From positions 1-56,253 of the IMG/VR virus record IMGVR_UViG_3300030451_004176: a stretch of DNA of 56,253 nt, one strand, 5' to 3'. The notes under the pieces are model-generated. The model was not told the DNA's origin, did not search any database, and was given only the letters and a program-made list of their open reading frames with translations. Below, piece by piece: positions 9,323 to 18,404 of this stretch. Position 1 is the first letter of the stretch; each line of letters begins with the position of its first letter. The translations under genes were made by a program, and so were the position numbers. Origin of the DNA: a virus (lineage: Duplodnaviria; Caudoviricetes).

Positions 9323-9796
9323 ATGAAAAAGATTTTACGCAAACCTAAGCAACGAATCACCCCTTCTCATAATTATTTAAAGTACTGGCGAATCATTCGC
9401 TACTGGGCTAAAGCCAAGTATGGTTTTAGTGTGGGTGATCTGGATATGATGCTGTTTCTATACAGCGAAAACTTTTTTAACAAAAAAACATTTCACCAGT
9501 ATGCCGAGATGATGTCTTGGGATAGAACTCGTTTTAAAAAACTAATCGACAGAGGTTATATTAGATTATGGAGAGAAGGAAAGGGTAGAGAAGGAAATAT
9601 ATATGAACTGTCTTTTAAGGGTAAAAGAGCCGTCAGCTCTATCTATGCCAAACTAAATGGTGAAGAAATAGGGGAAGACCCAAGAGTAAATCCTTTATTT
9701 AAGGATGATGTGAAGTATATGGATAAGGTTTATCGAAATGCGATTATAGAACTAAACAAGTCTATAAAACAACCACCACGTCACGCTCTTGAATAA
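9323..9796 (+). CDS. putative winged-helix DNA-binding protein
   Basis: DLDMMLFLYS...RFKKLIDRGYIR...IYELSFKGK is a MarR-like wHTH pattern; lone plus-strand gene in this arm. Confidence 0.55.
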   Translation: MKKILRKPKQRITPSHNYLKYWRIIRYWAKAKYGFSVGDLDMMLFLYSENFFNKKTFHQYAEMMSWDRTRFKKLIDRGYIRLWREGKGREGNIYELSFKGKRAVSSIYAKLNGEEIGEDPRVNPLFKDDVKYMDKVYRNAIIELNKSIKQPPRHALE

Positions 9797-10019
9797 CTAC
9801 GTAAGATTTATCTAAAATAATTACTTCGTGTGCTTGCGCCTTGTCGTAATAGATCTCGTCTCCTTTATTAATCGTTTCCACTAGGTCACTAGTCTCTACC
9901 ACATTTGCTTTCTTGTATCTGAGTTGATTCTTATCGTCACTACTTAACAAAAGCCCAGAGTTAGTCTTTACTTCTTCTGTAATCGGATCAATCAGTATGT
10001 ATTTATTTACCGGCTTCAT
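9762..10019 (-). CDS. groES: co-chaperonin GroES
   Basis: MKPVNKYILIDP...KTNSGLLL...GDEIYY...YVVIQERDVVVV; adjacent to groEL. Confidence 0.9.
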   Translation of the reverse strand: MKPVNKYILIDPITEEVKTNSGLLLSSDDKNQLRYKKANVVETSDLVETINKGDEIYYDKAQAHEVIILDKSYVVIQERDVVVVL

Positions 10020-11619
10020 AATTACTGCTTACTTCTCTCGCCATTGTAATAATAGCGTTAGTGCTTAATATAGTCGTAGCCACTGATACAGCATTGACTA
10101 GTGCGTTCTTAGTTACTTTAAGTGGATCTAATATCCCCATCTTATACATATCACCCCACATATTGTTCTTCACATCGTATCCCATATTTACCTCACTGTT
10201 CTGGATCAACGTCTCTATCTCCGCAATCTCCATATCCTCCATCCCTGCGTTTTTACATATATTAAAGAAAGGCTCGGTAATACAATACCTATACAGCAAT
10301 ATCTCTCCAAAACTAGCACCAGTATCCATTAATTTAGAAGACGCCCTATATAAACTAACTCCTCCTCCTGGAAGAACCCCTTCTTCAAGTGCTGAACTCA
10401 CAGCACACACCGCATCCTCGATGCGGTCAAATTTTTCTTTCTGCTCAATGTCAGAGTGCGCACCCACAAAGATTACTCCTATCCCACCTTTCAAACTAGC
10501 TATACGCTCTGTTACAAAGTCTCGCTCACCCTTAGCCGTTAAACTACCGTGCTGTATCTTGAGCTCCTTAACCCTTTCCTCAATAGCTACCTTATCACCT
10601 TTGCCACCAATCATCACGGTGTCTTCTCTACTTACTATTACCTTCTCTGCTATACCAAGCTGGTCTAACGATATCATATTTAAATCATCACCCGTAGACT
10701 CGCTTATATAACTACCGCCAGTAGCCAAAGCAATGTCGCCCATTATCTCCTGCTTCTTATAGCCAAACTTAGGTGGAGTAATATTACATATCTTTAAACC
10801 ATTTCTTGCTGCATTAGCCGCAAGCGTATTCACTACGTTCTGGCTGCAGTCTGCAATAATAAGCAGCTCCTTGCCCTGATTAATAATTGGTTTTAATATA
10901 TTCTCAATTTGCAATACATTATTAATAACGTGATCCGTAATTAGCACATAACAGTTCTCCAGCACACACTCGTCCCGCTTGTGATTATTGATAAACGCAT
11001 TGTTGGTATATCCCCTCTGCAGTTTAATACCATCATATACCTCAGCATAAGTCTCTGAAGTCTCCGAGTTCTCTACCGTCACCACGCCATCAGCACCCAC
11101 CTTCTCGTAAGCCTCCGCAATGATCTTTCCTATCTCCCTGTCGTTATTTGCCGATATAGAAGCCACATCAAGCAGTCTCTTTTTATTTAGCTTCTTAGCC
11201 ATTCTCTCCAGCTCTTTGACTACTTTATCCCTTCCTTCGTTGATCTGCTTTACAAGCTTAGGAATATTGATATCTGGCTGCTCCTCCAACTCCTCCAACC
11301 CCTGTTCTATCAATGCTTCCGCCAGAACGATGCTCGTTGTCGTACCATCTCCAGCCGAATCTGCAGTGTTTTGAGAAGCCTCTCTAATCATCTGAACCGC
11401 TAGATTTTCTACCGGATCTAACAAGTAAACCGACTTAGCTACAGTCACTCCATCCTTTGTAACTGTAATACCACGGGTATGATTAGGGGATTCTATAACT
11501 ACTGTTTTACCAGCCGGACCAAGCGTGCTCTTTACTGCGTTGCAGATTTTAGTAATACCGCTTTTTAACTTGCGCTTGGCCTTCTCATCAAAGACCAACT
11601 CTTTAGGGGTGTAGGACAT
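10003..11619 (-). CDS. groEL: chaperonin GroEL
   Basis: STLGPAG, TKDGVTVAK, AGDGTTT, EEGVLPGGG, GILDPLKVTK motifs; 538 aa. Confidence 0.97.
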   Translation of the reverse strand: MSYTPKELVFDEKAKRKLKSGITKICNAVKSTLGPAGKTVVIESPNHTRGITVTKDGVTVAKSVYLLDPVENLAVQMIREASQNTADSAGDGTTTSIVLAEALIEQGLEELEEQPDINIPKLVKQINEGRDKVVKELERMAKKLNKKRLLDVASISANNDREIGKIIAEAYEKVGADGVVTVENSETSETYAEVYDGIKLQRGYTNNAFINNHKRDECVLENCYVLITDHVINNVLQIENILKPIINQGKELLIIADCSQNVVNTLAANAARNGLKICNITPPKFGYKKQEIMGDIALATGGSYISESTGDDLNMISLDQLGIAEKVIVSREDTVMIGGKGDKVAIEERVKELKIQHGSLTAKGERDFVTERIASLKGGIGVIFVGAHSDIEQKEKFDRIEDAVCAVSSALEEGVLPGGGVSLYRASSKLMDTGASFGEILLYRYCITEPFFNICKNAGMEDMEIAEIETLIQNSEVNMGYDVKNNMWGDMYKMGILDPLKVTKNALVNAVSVATTILSTNAIITMAREVSSNYEAGK

Positions 11620-11682
11620 ATTGTATTTAATTAAATTAGATTCGAAACAAATATATAAATAAATATTATACTACCAAACTAA

Positions 11683-11792
11683 AGTGCCGATGTGACGATT
11701 TTTACTATGTTTCAAGCTACTTATAAAAAAAAGCACTTATATATACTTTTATTTTTTTTTATTTATTTTCTTATAAAAAACGTCACTATAGT
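11683..11792 (-). repeat. 110-bp element, copy A (inverted relative to 18868-18977)
   Basis: Minus strand reads ACTATAGTGACGTTTTTT...AT-rich core...AAAATCGTCACATCGGCACT. Confidence 0.85.
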
Positions 11793-12570
11793 ACTAAAAC
11801 GTCACAAAATAGACCTATTTTAAAGAAACTAACCCCAGGACACTGCTGATGGTAGGCTTTAACTACAGCTGGCTTTTCACTTCTCAGCAGAAAAACGTCC
11901 CAAGGATCTTACTGTAGTAACATACAGTATATATAAAGATACTATATATATATTAGATATGTAGAGGTAGGGGGTTATATATTGATATACGTCTACGTGT
12001 GCGCATACGAAAACGATTTTTTTTGACATAGGGGGGTATAAAATAAATTTTTTTTTGTAGGATTTTTTGGCGTTTTTACGTGTGTGCGTGTGTGCGTAGT
12101 TAGTGCGTAGTGGTTAACGTTATATCTACGTTTAGTCCACGTAATAAATTTAAAATTTAAATCAAAGTAAATTCAATAATTTATTTTTCGTTTAACGTAT
12201 TAAACATTAACCTGATCAACAGATTAAGTTTAAATCTTAAACCTTCCCTTCAAGACATTCAGAGGGAAGGAATAGAATCTATCCCACAAATAATTAACCT
12301 AAACAAAAATATTTTTTATTGTTGTTTTACAGGTGCTAAAATCAAACAAAAGTTTATTAATTTTTTTTTCATCTCTGTTTAACAGGTTAGAAAACTTTGT
12401 TGTTTTGTTTAACGTGCTAAACTTTTTTTTCTTATCTGTTGTTTCCCTGTTATGTTCAAAATCAAAAAGGTTAAACAAAATTTGGATTGTATTTGTTTTA
12501 TTGCCTATAATTGTACCAACGAAACGCAAACGAATTGCAAACAAACAAACTTAAATTAAAATAAACAATT
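11793..12570. other. non-coding divergence region (candidate origin, packaging site or genome terminus)
   Basis: No credible ORF; strand switch; hairpins, TA runs, GTGTGC repeats and clustered ACGT. Confidence 0.5.
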
Positions 12571-12672
12571 ATGAATAAATATCAAAAAAACATCTTATGG
12601 TTTAACTTGAGTAAAATCATAACATTAACAACAATCCTAATAATAACAATATCAGTGCTTGCACAGGTATAA
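12571..12672 (+). CDS. 33-aa membrane peptide (paralog of the 13305 N-terminus)
   Basis: Manual translation: MNKYQKNILWFNLSKIITLTTILIITISVLAQV, after an AAACAATT leader. Confidence 0.7.
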   Translation: MNKYQKNILWFNLSKIITLTTILIITISVLAQV

Positions 12673-12710
12673 AAACAAGGGGGCGAAAGCCCCCAATAAA
12701 AACAAATAAA

Positions 12711-13082
12711 ATGCTAAGAACTAACTCAAAGAAATATTTAGATAATATTCAAACCTATTTATTAAGTGCAATAGATGGAAAAGATTACGGAATAAAAACA
12801 GATACACCAAAAGAAAAATTAGATTTTTTATTTGATTGTTTTGAAAGTGAATTTAATTATAAAAATAATCAACTGAGATATCCAAATTTTCAAAACAGGT
12901 TTGCAAATTGGTTGCAAGGTTTACCTTCTGCTATTAATATTCCATACCAATACAATAAAATTTTAGAACTATCTAAAAACTTATTAGAAGTGGATACCTT
13001 GAGCGAAAAATTAGAGGATCAAATTATTAAAAACTACTGGTCATTTATGGCGTATCACATAATCAAATTAAAAAACAAATAA
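12711..13082 (+). CDS. early hypothetical protein
   Basis: 123 aa, WLQGLPS motif, A-rich leader. Confidence 0.75.
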   Translation: MLRTNSKKYLDNIQTYLLSAIDGKDYGIKTDTPKEKLDFLFDCFESEFNYKNNQLRYPNFQNRFANWLQGLPSAINIPYQYNKILELSKNLLEVDTLSEKLEDQIIKNYWSFMAYHIIKLKNK

Positions 13083-13231
13083 AAAAGAGTATTGAAAAAA
13101 GAAAAAAATAAAACGGAAACGCAATCCGAAAAAGACATTTAACAGATGATAAACCACTAAATTTTTGGGGATTTTGACGAAATGAAAGAAAATTTATGAG
13201 GATTGAAACAATACTTTTTTTTAAAAAAACA

Positions 13232-13262
13232 TTTGCACATTAAAAAAACTTTAATATCTTTA
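13232..13262 (+). promoter_or_regulatory. Bacteroidota-type early promoter
   Basis: TTTG-19 nt-TATCTTTA, close to the -33/-7 consensus TTTG/TAnnTTTG. Confidence 0.6.
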
Positions 13263-13304
13263 CCAACGATTAACAAACAATAAACAAACAAAAAACAAAT
13301 AATT

Positions 13305-13493
13305 ATGGATAAGTACACAAAAAATATGATTTGGTTGAATTTGAGTCAAATCATTATAACAACAACAATTTTTATTTTAACAATCATTGTAATGGTTCAA
13401 TGTACATCAACACAAAATGTACATACAAACGATCTACATAAATACAACAAGAAAAGTTTATATAACGATTGTTACATATTCGCAAACAAATAA
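13305..13493 (+). CDS. small putative lipoprotein
   Basis: Hydrophobic segment ending VMVQ-C. Confidence 0.6.
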   Translation: MDKYTKNMIWLNLSQIIITTTIFILTIIVMVQCTSTQNVHTNDLHKYNKKSLYNDCYIFANK

Positions 13494-13501
13494 AATAAAA
13501 T

Positions 13502-13576
13502 AAATAGGGTTAAAGTTAGGAGAAACCAACTTTGTAAAATTATACTATTTGTCGTGTATAGTTCCCCTATTTTTTT
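13502..13576 (+). terminator. branched stem structure with U tract
   Basis: AAATAGGG/CCCTATTT outer stem, two inner hairpins, then a T run. Confidence 0.55.
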
Positions 13577-13599
13577 AAAAATAAAACAAACAATTAAAT

Positions 13600-14325
13600 A
13601 TGGAAGCAATTACAAAGCAATATAAAGAAGTAAAAAACTTACTATCTAAAGGAGGTAATGCAAAACTAAATAAGAATGAAATTACGACATTCAATTTATC
13701 ACTTGCACCACACACACAGAACGCAAAGGGCATAAACTTATGCCCTAAAGCTTCAAAAGGCTGTGCATTAGCTTGTTTATTTACGGCAGGACGTGGTAAG
13801 TTTACCAACGTACAACAATCAAGAATAAATAAAACAAATTACTATTTATTTGATAGGCAAAAATTTATTAATCAACTAGCAAAGGAGATCAACAAAATAG
13901 CTATCAAAAGTAAATTGACAAATGAAATGTTTGCTTTAAGGCTAAACACATTGAGCGATGTAGATTTTGTATACCAATTAAAAAAGTATGCGAATTTAGA
14001 TTTATTAAATGACGATACATACAAAAATATTATAGTGTATGACTATACGGCAATACCTGGAAAAGTGAAAAAGTATTTGGGAAGCAGGTATCACGTAACA
14101 TTATCACGAAAGGAAGACAATGAACAGGACGTTATGAACGTATTAAATGCAGGTGGCAATGTGTCGATAGTATTTAGAAATAAATTACCCGATACTTACA
14201 AAGGATTTAAAGTAATAGACGGAGATAAAACAGATTTAGAAATGACTAAACATAAAAATGTAGTATTAGGATTGAAGGCAAAAGGAGATGCCAAAAAAGA
14301 TAGTACTGGGTTTGTAGTAAATTAA
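13600..14325 (+). CDS. GP88-like protein (divergent radical-SAM-like Cys motif)
   Basis: LSLAP...CPKASKGCALACL..AGRG, RLNTLSD, YDYT, IDGD..D motifs. Confidence 0.7.
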   Translation: MEAITKQYKEVKNLLSKGGNAKLNKNEITTFNLSLAPHTQNAKGINLCPKASKGCALACLFTAGRGKFTNVQQSRINKTNYYLFDRQKFINQLAKEINKIAIKSKLTNEMFALRLNTLSDVDFVYQLKKYANLDLLNDDTYKNIIVYDYTAIPGKVKKYLGSRYHVTLSRKEDNEQDVMNVLNAGGNVSIVFRNKLPDTYKGFKVIDGDKTDLEMTKHKNVVLGLKAKGDAKKDSTGFVVN

Positions 14326-14342
14326 AAATAAAACAAATAATT

Positions 14343-14618
14343 ATGGAGCAAAATAAACTAATAGCAGAATTTATGGAAGTGCATCAAATAATGCACGATG
14401 GATATAGTGAGTATGACTTTGACGATAATACATTAGATGTATTACACGAAGAAGAACTACAATACCACTCCTCTTGGGATTGGTTGATGCCAGTAATTGA
14501 CAAGTGTTATCAAGAGCATATGAGTAAGCGTATTTCTGATGCAGTTATGACTTGCGATATAGACACCACTTACAAAGCAGTAGTAGAATTTATAAAAGAA
14601 TATAATAACTATAACTAA
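14343..14618 (+). CDS. early hypothetical protein
   Basis: NKLIAEFM...YHSSWDWLMPV...YKAVVEFIK, a pattern I recognise from Bacteroidota phages. Confidence 0.75.
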   Translation: MEQNKLIAEFMEVHQIMHDGYSEYDFDDNTLDVLHEEELQYHSSWDWLMPVIDKCYQEHMSKRISDAVMTCDIDTTYKAVVEFIKEYNNYN

Positions 14619-14630
14619 AAACAAACAATT

Positions 14631-14882
14631 ATGAAAACATATATATTTGACCAACTAAATACAGCTGATGGATACGAAATCTATTGGCTACACGATGAGC
14701 GACACGATGCCATTGATCCTAATGACTTGTACTATTACAAAGATGAATTCGAGGAAAAATGTAGAGAGATTGTATTTGATGAGGACGTTGACTACATCGA
14801 CTACGTATTTGAAGAAGAAATACAAGAATGGATACGAGAAGCAGAAGCAATACAGAAAGACCAAGAAAACTTTTACAGATAA
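14631..14882 (+). CDS. highly acidic early protein
   Basis: 83 aa, D/E/Y-rich, AAACAAACAATT leader. Confidence 0.7.
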   Translation: MKTYIFDQLNTADGYEIYWLHDERHDAIDPNDLYYYKDEFEEKCREIVFDEDVDYIDYVFEEEIQEWIREAEAIQKDQENFYR

Positions 14883-14904
14883 ACAAACAATAAAACAAAC
14901 AATT

Positions 14905-15099
14905 ATGAACAAACAAAATTTAATAAATGACATAAAGATCCAAGCCACAAAACTTTTCAACAAGAATGTAACTAATTTACATTACTCAGAGAATAGGTTG
15001 AATGCTTTGGAGTTAGACCAACTAATAAATTTATTGGTGTGGTTCAAAAAAGAAAATGACAAAATACTAACAATTAAAAGATTAGATAAAGATGAATAA
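14905..15099 (+). CDS. early hypothetical protein
   Basis: Start reassigned to the ATG after AAACAAACAATT (MNKQNLIND). Confidence 0.6.
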   Translation: MNKQNLINDIKIQATKLFNKNVTNLHYSENRLNALELDQLINLLVWFKKENDKILTIKRLDKDE

Positions 15100-15274
15100 A
15101 AAAATAAATCAGAAAGACGTAGAGAAATACGCATTGTGGGTGCTGAATGATTGTATGCAACCACACGATGAAATAGAATGGTTGGTTAACACAATACTAA
15201 ATAGCGATGATGTGCACCACGTGATTGAAGAAGTAATAACAGATATTGCTCAATCAACCAAAGATGAAATTTAA
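15092..15274 (+). CDS. early hypothetical protein
   Basis: 60 aa, overlaps the previous stop. Confidence 0.6.
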   Translation: MNKKINQKDVEKYALWVLNDCMQPHDEIEWLVNTILNSDDVHHVIEEVITDIAQSTKDEI

Positions 15275-15309
15275 TCAAAAAATAATAACAATTAAAAACG
15301 ATAAGTAAT

Positions 15310-15540
15310 ATGACACAACTAAAAGTAACAAACGTAAGATACTTTGAGACACGGAGAGGTCTTGGGTATGAATGCCGAACAAATCACAAAGGAATAAGCA
15401 TTTGGAATGACGGCAACGGTGGTATGACATTCATAGATGGAAATGAATACACCAAAGATTATAGAGAAGTGAAGTTATATAGTAAAATATATACAGACAC
15501 AATGTTAGAAAAATTAATTGATGATTATGAAAATGTATAA
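15310..15540 (+). CDS. early hypothetical protein
   Basis: RYFETRRGLGY...IWNDGNGG.T motif. Confidence 0.7.
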   Translation: MTQLKVTNVRYFETRRGLGYECRTNHKGISIWNDGNGGMTFIDGNEYTKDYREVKLYSKIYTDTMLEKLIDDYENV

Positions 15541-16020
15541 AGTATATAGATATTATGGTGGTGAATATCCACAAGATGTTTCTTGGTCTTGTACCTATGA
15601 GGGGGCAAAACTGCTTGGATCAGTAGCAGAACATTTTGAAATAGAAGAAGTTAAACTAAAAAAATACAGTAATGAAACTATTTAAAAAATACACCAGATG
15701 TATGAGACACAAGCAATACCTCGAAGAAAGGGTGCACAGATTACATTATCAAATATGTATGGATGCCGTTGAACGGGGTATGGTAGACCCACTAAAAAGA
15801 GAATTATTAATTAAATATAATGAAAGGCTAAAGAAATGGAAATCATAAAAGAGATAAAAAAACAATTAAAAGAACTTGACAAAGAGATCAAGAGACAAAA
15901 AAGAATAGAACAAATAATTAAAAATAAAATAACAAATGAAAAAAGATAAATTAAAAGAAAAGCTAATCGAGAAGGGAGTTTCTAAAGATTGGTTAGAAAA
16001 AAACTTTGTTCACATAACAG

Positions 16021-16245
16021 ATGAAGAAGATGACGAACAGAGACATTGAAATAATAAACGGCATCGCGGATCTAAAAGAATTAAATACGCAATTAAAAGA
16101 ATTAAAGTGGTGGCAGTACATACAAAAAAAAGAAATAAAAGCCACCATTGATGCCATAAAATTTATATATAAATTAAATAAACCAAACGATGAACTTAGA
16201 AAAATTTATACAAACGCAAAGAGAAATGGCAATGGAACTACTTGA
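16021..16245 (+). CDS. early hypothetical protein
   Basis: 74 aa within a run of short plus-strand ORFs. Confidence 0.5.
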   Translation: MKKMTNRDIEIINGIADLKELNTQLKELKWWQYIQKKEIKATIDAIKFIYKLNKPNDELRKIYTNAKRNGNGTT

Positions 16246-16479
16246 CTTTGGAAACTCAAGAGAAAAAGCCGAAGGCATAGGAATGCTTAGAGTGTTACAA
16301 GATTTAGATATTTTAATAAAAGCTAAAAAATAATTCACCAACATTTCTTGCATATTTTACTAACAATAATTATATTAGCACAATGGGAAAAAGTAAAGAT
16401 ATGTATATGTTTTATCATCAATTGATGACCATTGATGACGTATACTTACAACAAGAGTATTTATTAAACGAACAAGAAT

Positions 16480-16779
16480 ATGACGAAAACAGAATCAATA
16501 CAAAGTCTACTAAGGAAGGTCTGCAACAGGCTGAGAGTAGCACAATCAAATATATTTGATAAATCCAAAAAAAGAAAAAATATTGATGCTCGACATATGT
16601 TCTTTTACATATGTAAGCAAAACAATATAAACATTCATTACATACAGGAGTATGCTAATGATAAGTACGATCAGTATATTGATCACTCTACTATTATATA
16701 TGCACAAAATAAGATGGCAGAAAAAATAGATGATGATGCTGACTGGAGAAATCTTTATAACGAAATAACCAATAAATAA
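16480..16779 (+). CDS. DnaA domain IV-like HTH protein
   Basis: IF.KSKKR..IDARHMFFYIC...DHSTIIYA..K. Confidence 0.75.
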   Translation: MTKTESIQSLLRKVCNRLRVAQSNIFDKSKKRKNIDARHMFFYICKQNNINIHYIQEYANDKYDQYIDHSTIIYAQNKMAEKIDDDADWRNLYNEITNK

Positions 16780-16786
16780 ATAAACA

Positions 16787-17038
16787 ATGAAAAAAAAACA
16801 CACGTATTTAGATCAGTTAATGGAAGAAAGTGAGTCTAGTTATAAAAATGTATTAATAGCTTTAGAAATGTTACATAAAAAAGAACTGGAAGCAATAGAA
16901 ATGTTGCAAAGCAATGGTTACAAAGTAATTCATCCAAAATATAAATCAAATAAGGTAACAAAAGAAGGATTTAAAAAATACTGGGAAGATAAATATATAT
17001 ATTATAAAAAGCTTATAAATAAAATAAACAATAAATAA
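16787..17038 (+). CDS. hypothetical protein
   Basis: 83 aa, A-rich leader. Confidence 0.6.
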   Translation: MKKKHTYLDQLMEESESSYKNVLIALEMLHKKELEAIEMLQSNGYKVIHPKYKSNKVTKEGFKKYWEDKYIYYKKLINKINNK

Positions 17039-17045
17039 ATAAACA

Positions 17046-17606
17046 ATGAGTAAATTAAATTTAATACAATCGGAGTTGAAGGCTCCTAAAAACCAATACA
17101 ATAGTTTTGGCAAATACAAGTATCGTTCTTGTGAGGACATACTTGAGGCCGTAAAGCCTATACTAAAGAAACACAAAGCATCTATAACACTATCTGATGA
17201 GGTGGTAGATATGGGTGGTATCGTAACTATCATAGCCACAGCTACTTACAGAGAAGGATCAGAAGAGATCAGTGTAAGTTCTTGTGCTGGTGTAGATCCA
17301 AATAGAAAAGGGATGGACATAGCACAAAGCTTCGGAAGTTCTTCATCGTATGCAAGAAAGTATGCTTTGAATGGTTTATTACTAATAGATGACACCAATG
17401 ATCCTGATGTTACCAATACACACGGAAAGACACAGGTGGTTGTAAACAAAGGCGTAATAGACATAGGAGATGCAAAATGGTCGGACTGCTTAAAGTATGT
17501 AGTGGCTAATAAACATCTTGGGTTTGATGCTGTGGTAAATGCTTTGAAAAAGAAGTATGACTTTACTCCAAAGGCATTAAATGCTATTAAAAAAGAAGTT
17601 AAGTAA
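17046..17606 (+). CDS. erf: ERF-family ssDNA annealing protein
   Basis: IQSELKAPK..YNSFGKYKYRSCEDILEAVKP...AQSFGSSSSYARKYALNGL..IDDT.DPD. Confidence 0.92.
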   Translation: MSKLNLIQSELKAPKNQYNSFGKYKYRSCEDILEAVKPILKKHKASITLSDEVVDMGGIVTIIATATYREGSEEISVSSCAGVDPNRKGMDIAQSFGSSSSYARKYALNGLLLIDDTNDPDVTNTHGKTQVVVNKGVIDIGDAKWSDCLKYVVANKHLGFDAVVNALKKKYDFTPKALNAIKKEVK

Positions 17607-18340
17607 TGGAGGCGATATTAAAACGCCTTGAGAATGATAAAGATTATTATGGAGAGTTCGGTAAAAAATTCTTATCGAACTCAGACATATACACTTTATT
17701 AAATAATCCTAGAGGGTTTAGGCAACCCGTACAAGAAACAAAAGCGTTGATAGAGGGTAGATACTTTCATACTTTTATGTTAGAACCCGACAAAATAGAG
17801 ACGTTTAAAATTAGCACATCAAGATCAAGAAATAGTACAGCGTATAAAAAAGATTTATATGACTATGATGAAAAAATGCTTATACTACAGCACGAAGTTG
17901 ATCACTTAGTAGAACTATGTAGCGTAATGAAAGCTAACTTTAAATTCTTTGATGACATCTATGCCAACACAAACAAGTATGAAGTACCTGGTGTAGTGTT
18001 TTTAAAAGGTGAGCAGTGGAAGGGAAAGGCAGATGTACTATGTGAGGATAAGATTATAGATCTAAAAACCACATCAGATATATCCAAATTTCATTTATCA
18101 GCAAAGAAATACAACTATGATAGTCAGGCATACATATACCAACAGATATTTGGAGTGCCTGTACATTTTTACGTCATAGATAAAACAAGTATGTTGCTTG
18201 GTATTTATAAACCAACTGAATCATTTTTAGAAAGCGGAGAGAGAAAAGTAGAGAGAGCAGTTAATATCTATCGTCAGTTTTTTTCTGAAGATTCTGAGAT
18301 ATCTATTGATGATTTTTATTTTGATGAATTACTAAATTAA
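17606..18340 (+). CDS. PD-(D/E)XK exonuclease (ExoVIII/RecE, DUF3799-like)
   Basis: LSNS, G..FH..LEP, KGKAD...IIDLKTT, Y..QAYIY; coupled to erf. Confidence 0.85.
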   Translation: MEAILKRLENDKDYYGEFGKKFLSNSDIYTLLNNPRGFRQPVQETKALIEGRYFHTFMLEPDKIETFKISTSRSRNSTAYKKDLYDYDEKMLILQHEVDHLVELCSVMKANFKFFDDIYANTNKYEVPGVVFLKGEQWKGKADVLCEDKIIDLKTTSDISKFHLSAKKYNYDSQAYIYQQIFGVPVHFYVIDKTSMLLGIYKPTESFLESGERKVERAVNIYRQFFSEDSEISIDDFYFDELLN

Positions 18341-18404
18341 TTCCAGGTATGCTCACACTCTGGATTTATGTATAGATAAGTTGTGAGTAAATTAAAAACA
18401 AATA

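Noticed and set aside
10061-11374. Plus-strand ORFs opposite groEL, and similar antisense ORFs over the capsid, terminase, tail fibre and early genes
   Set aside because: They are shadows of well-supported genes, with no motifs or leaders.
11843-11900. Hammerhead ribozyme or tRNA in the hairpin region
   Set aside because: CTGATGG is not CUGAnGA with the required stems and GAAA, and I found no cloverleaf or T-loop.
12299-12554. Two overlapping ORFs in the divergence region
   Set aside because: Low-complexity F/K/N translations overlapping promoter-like sequence.
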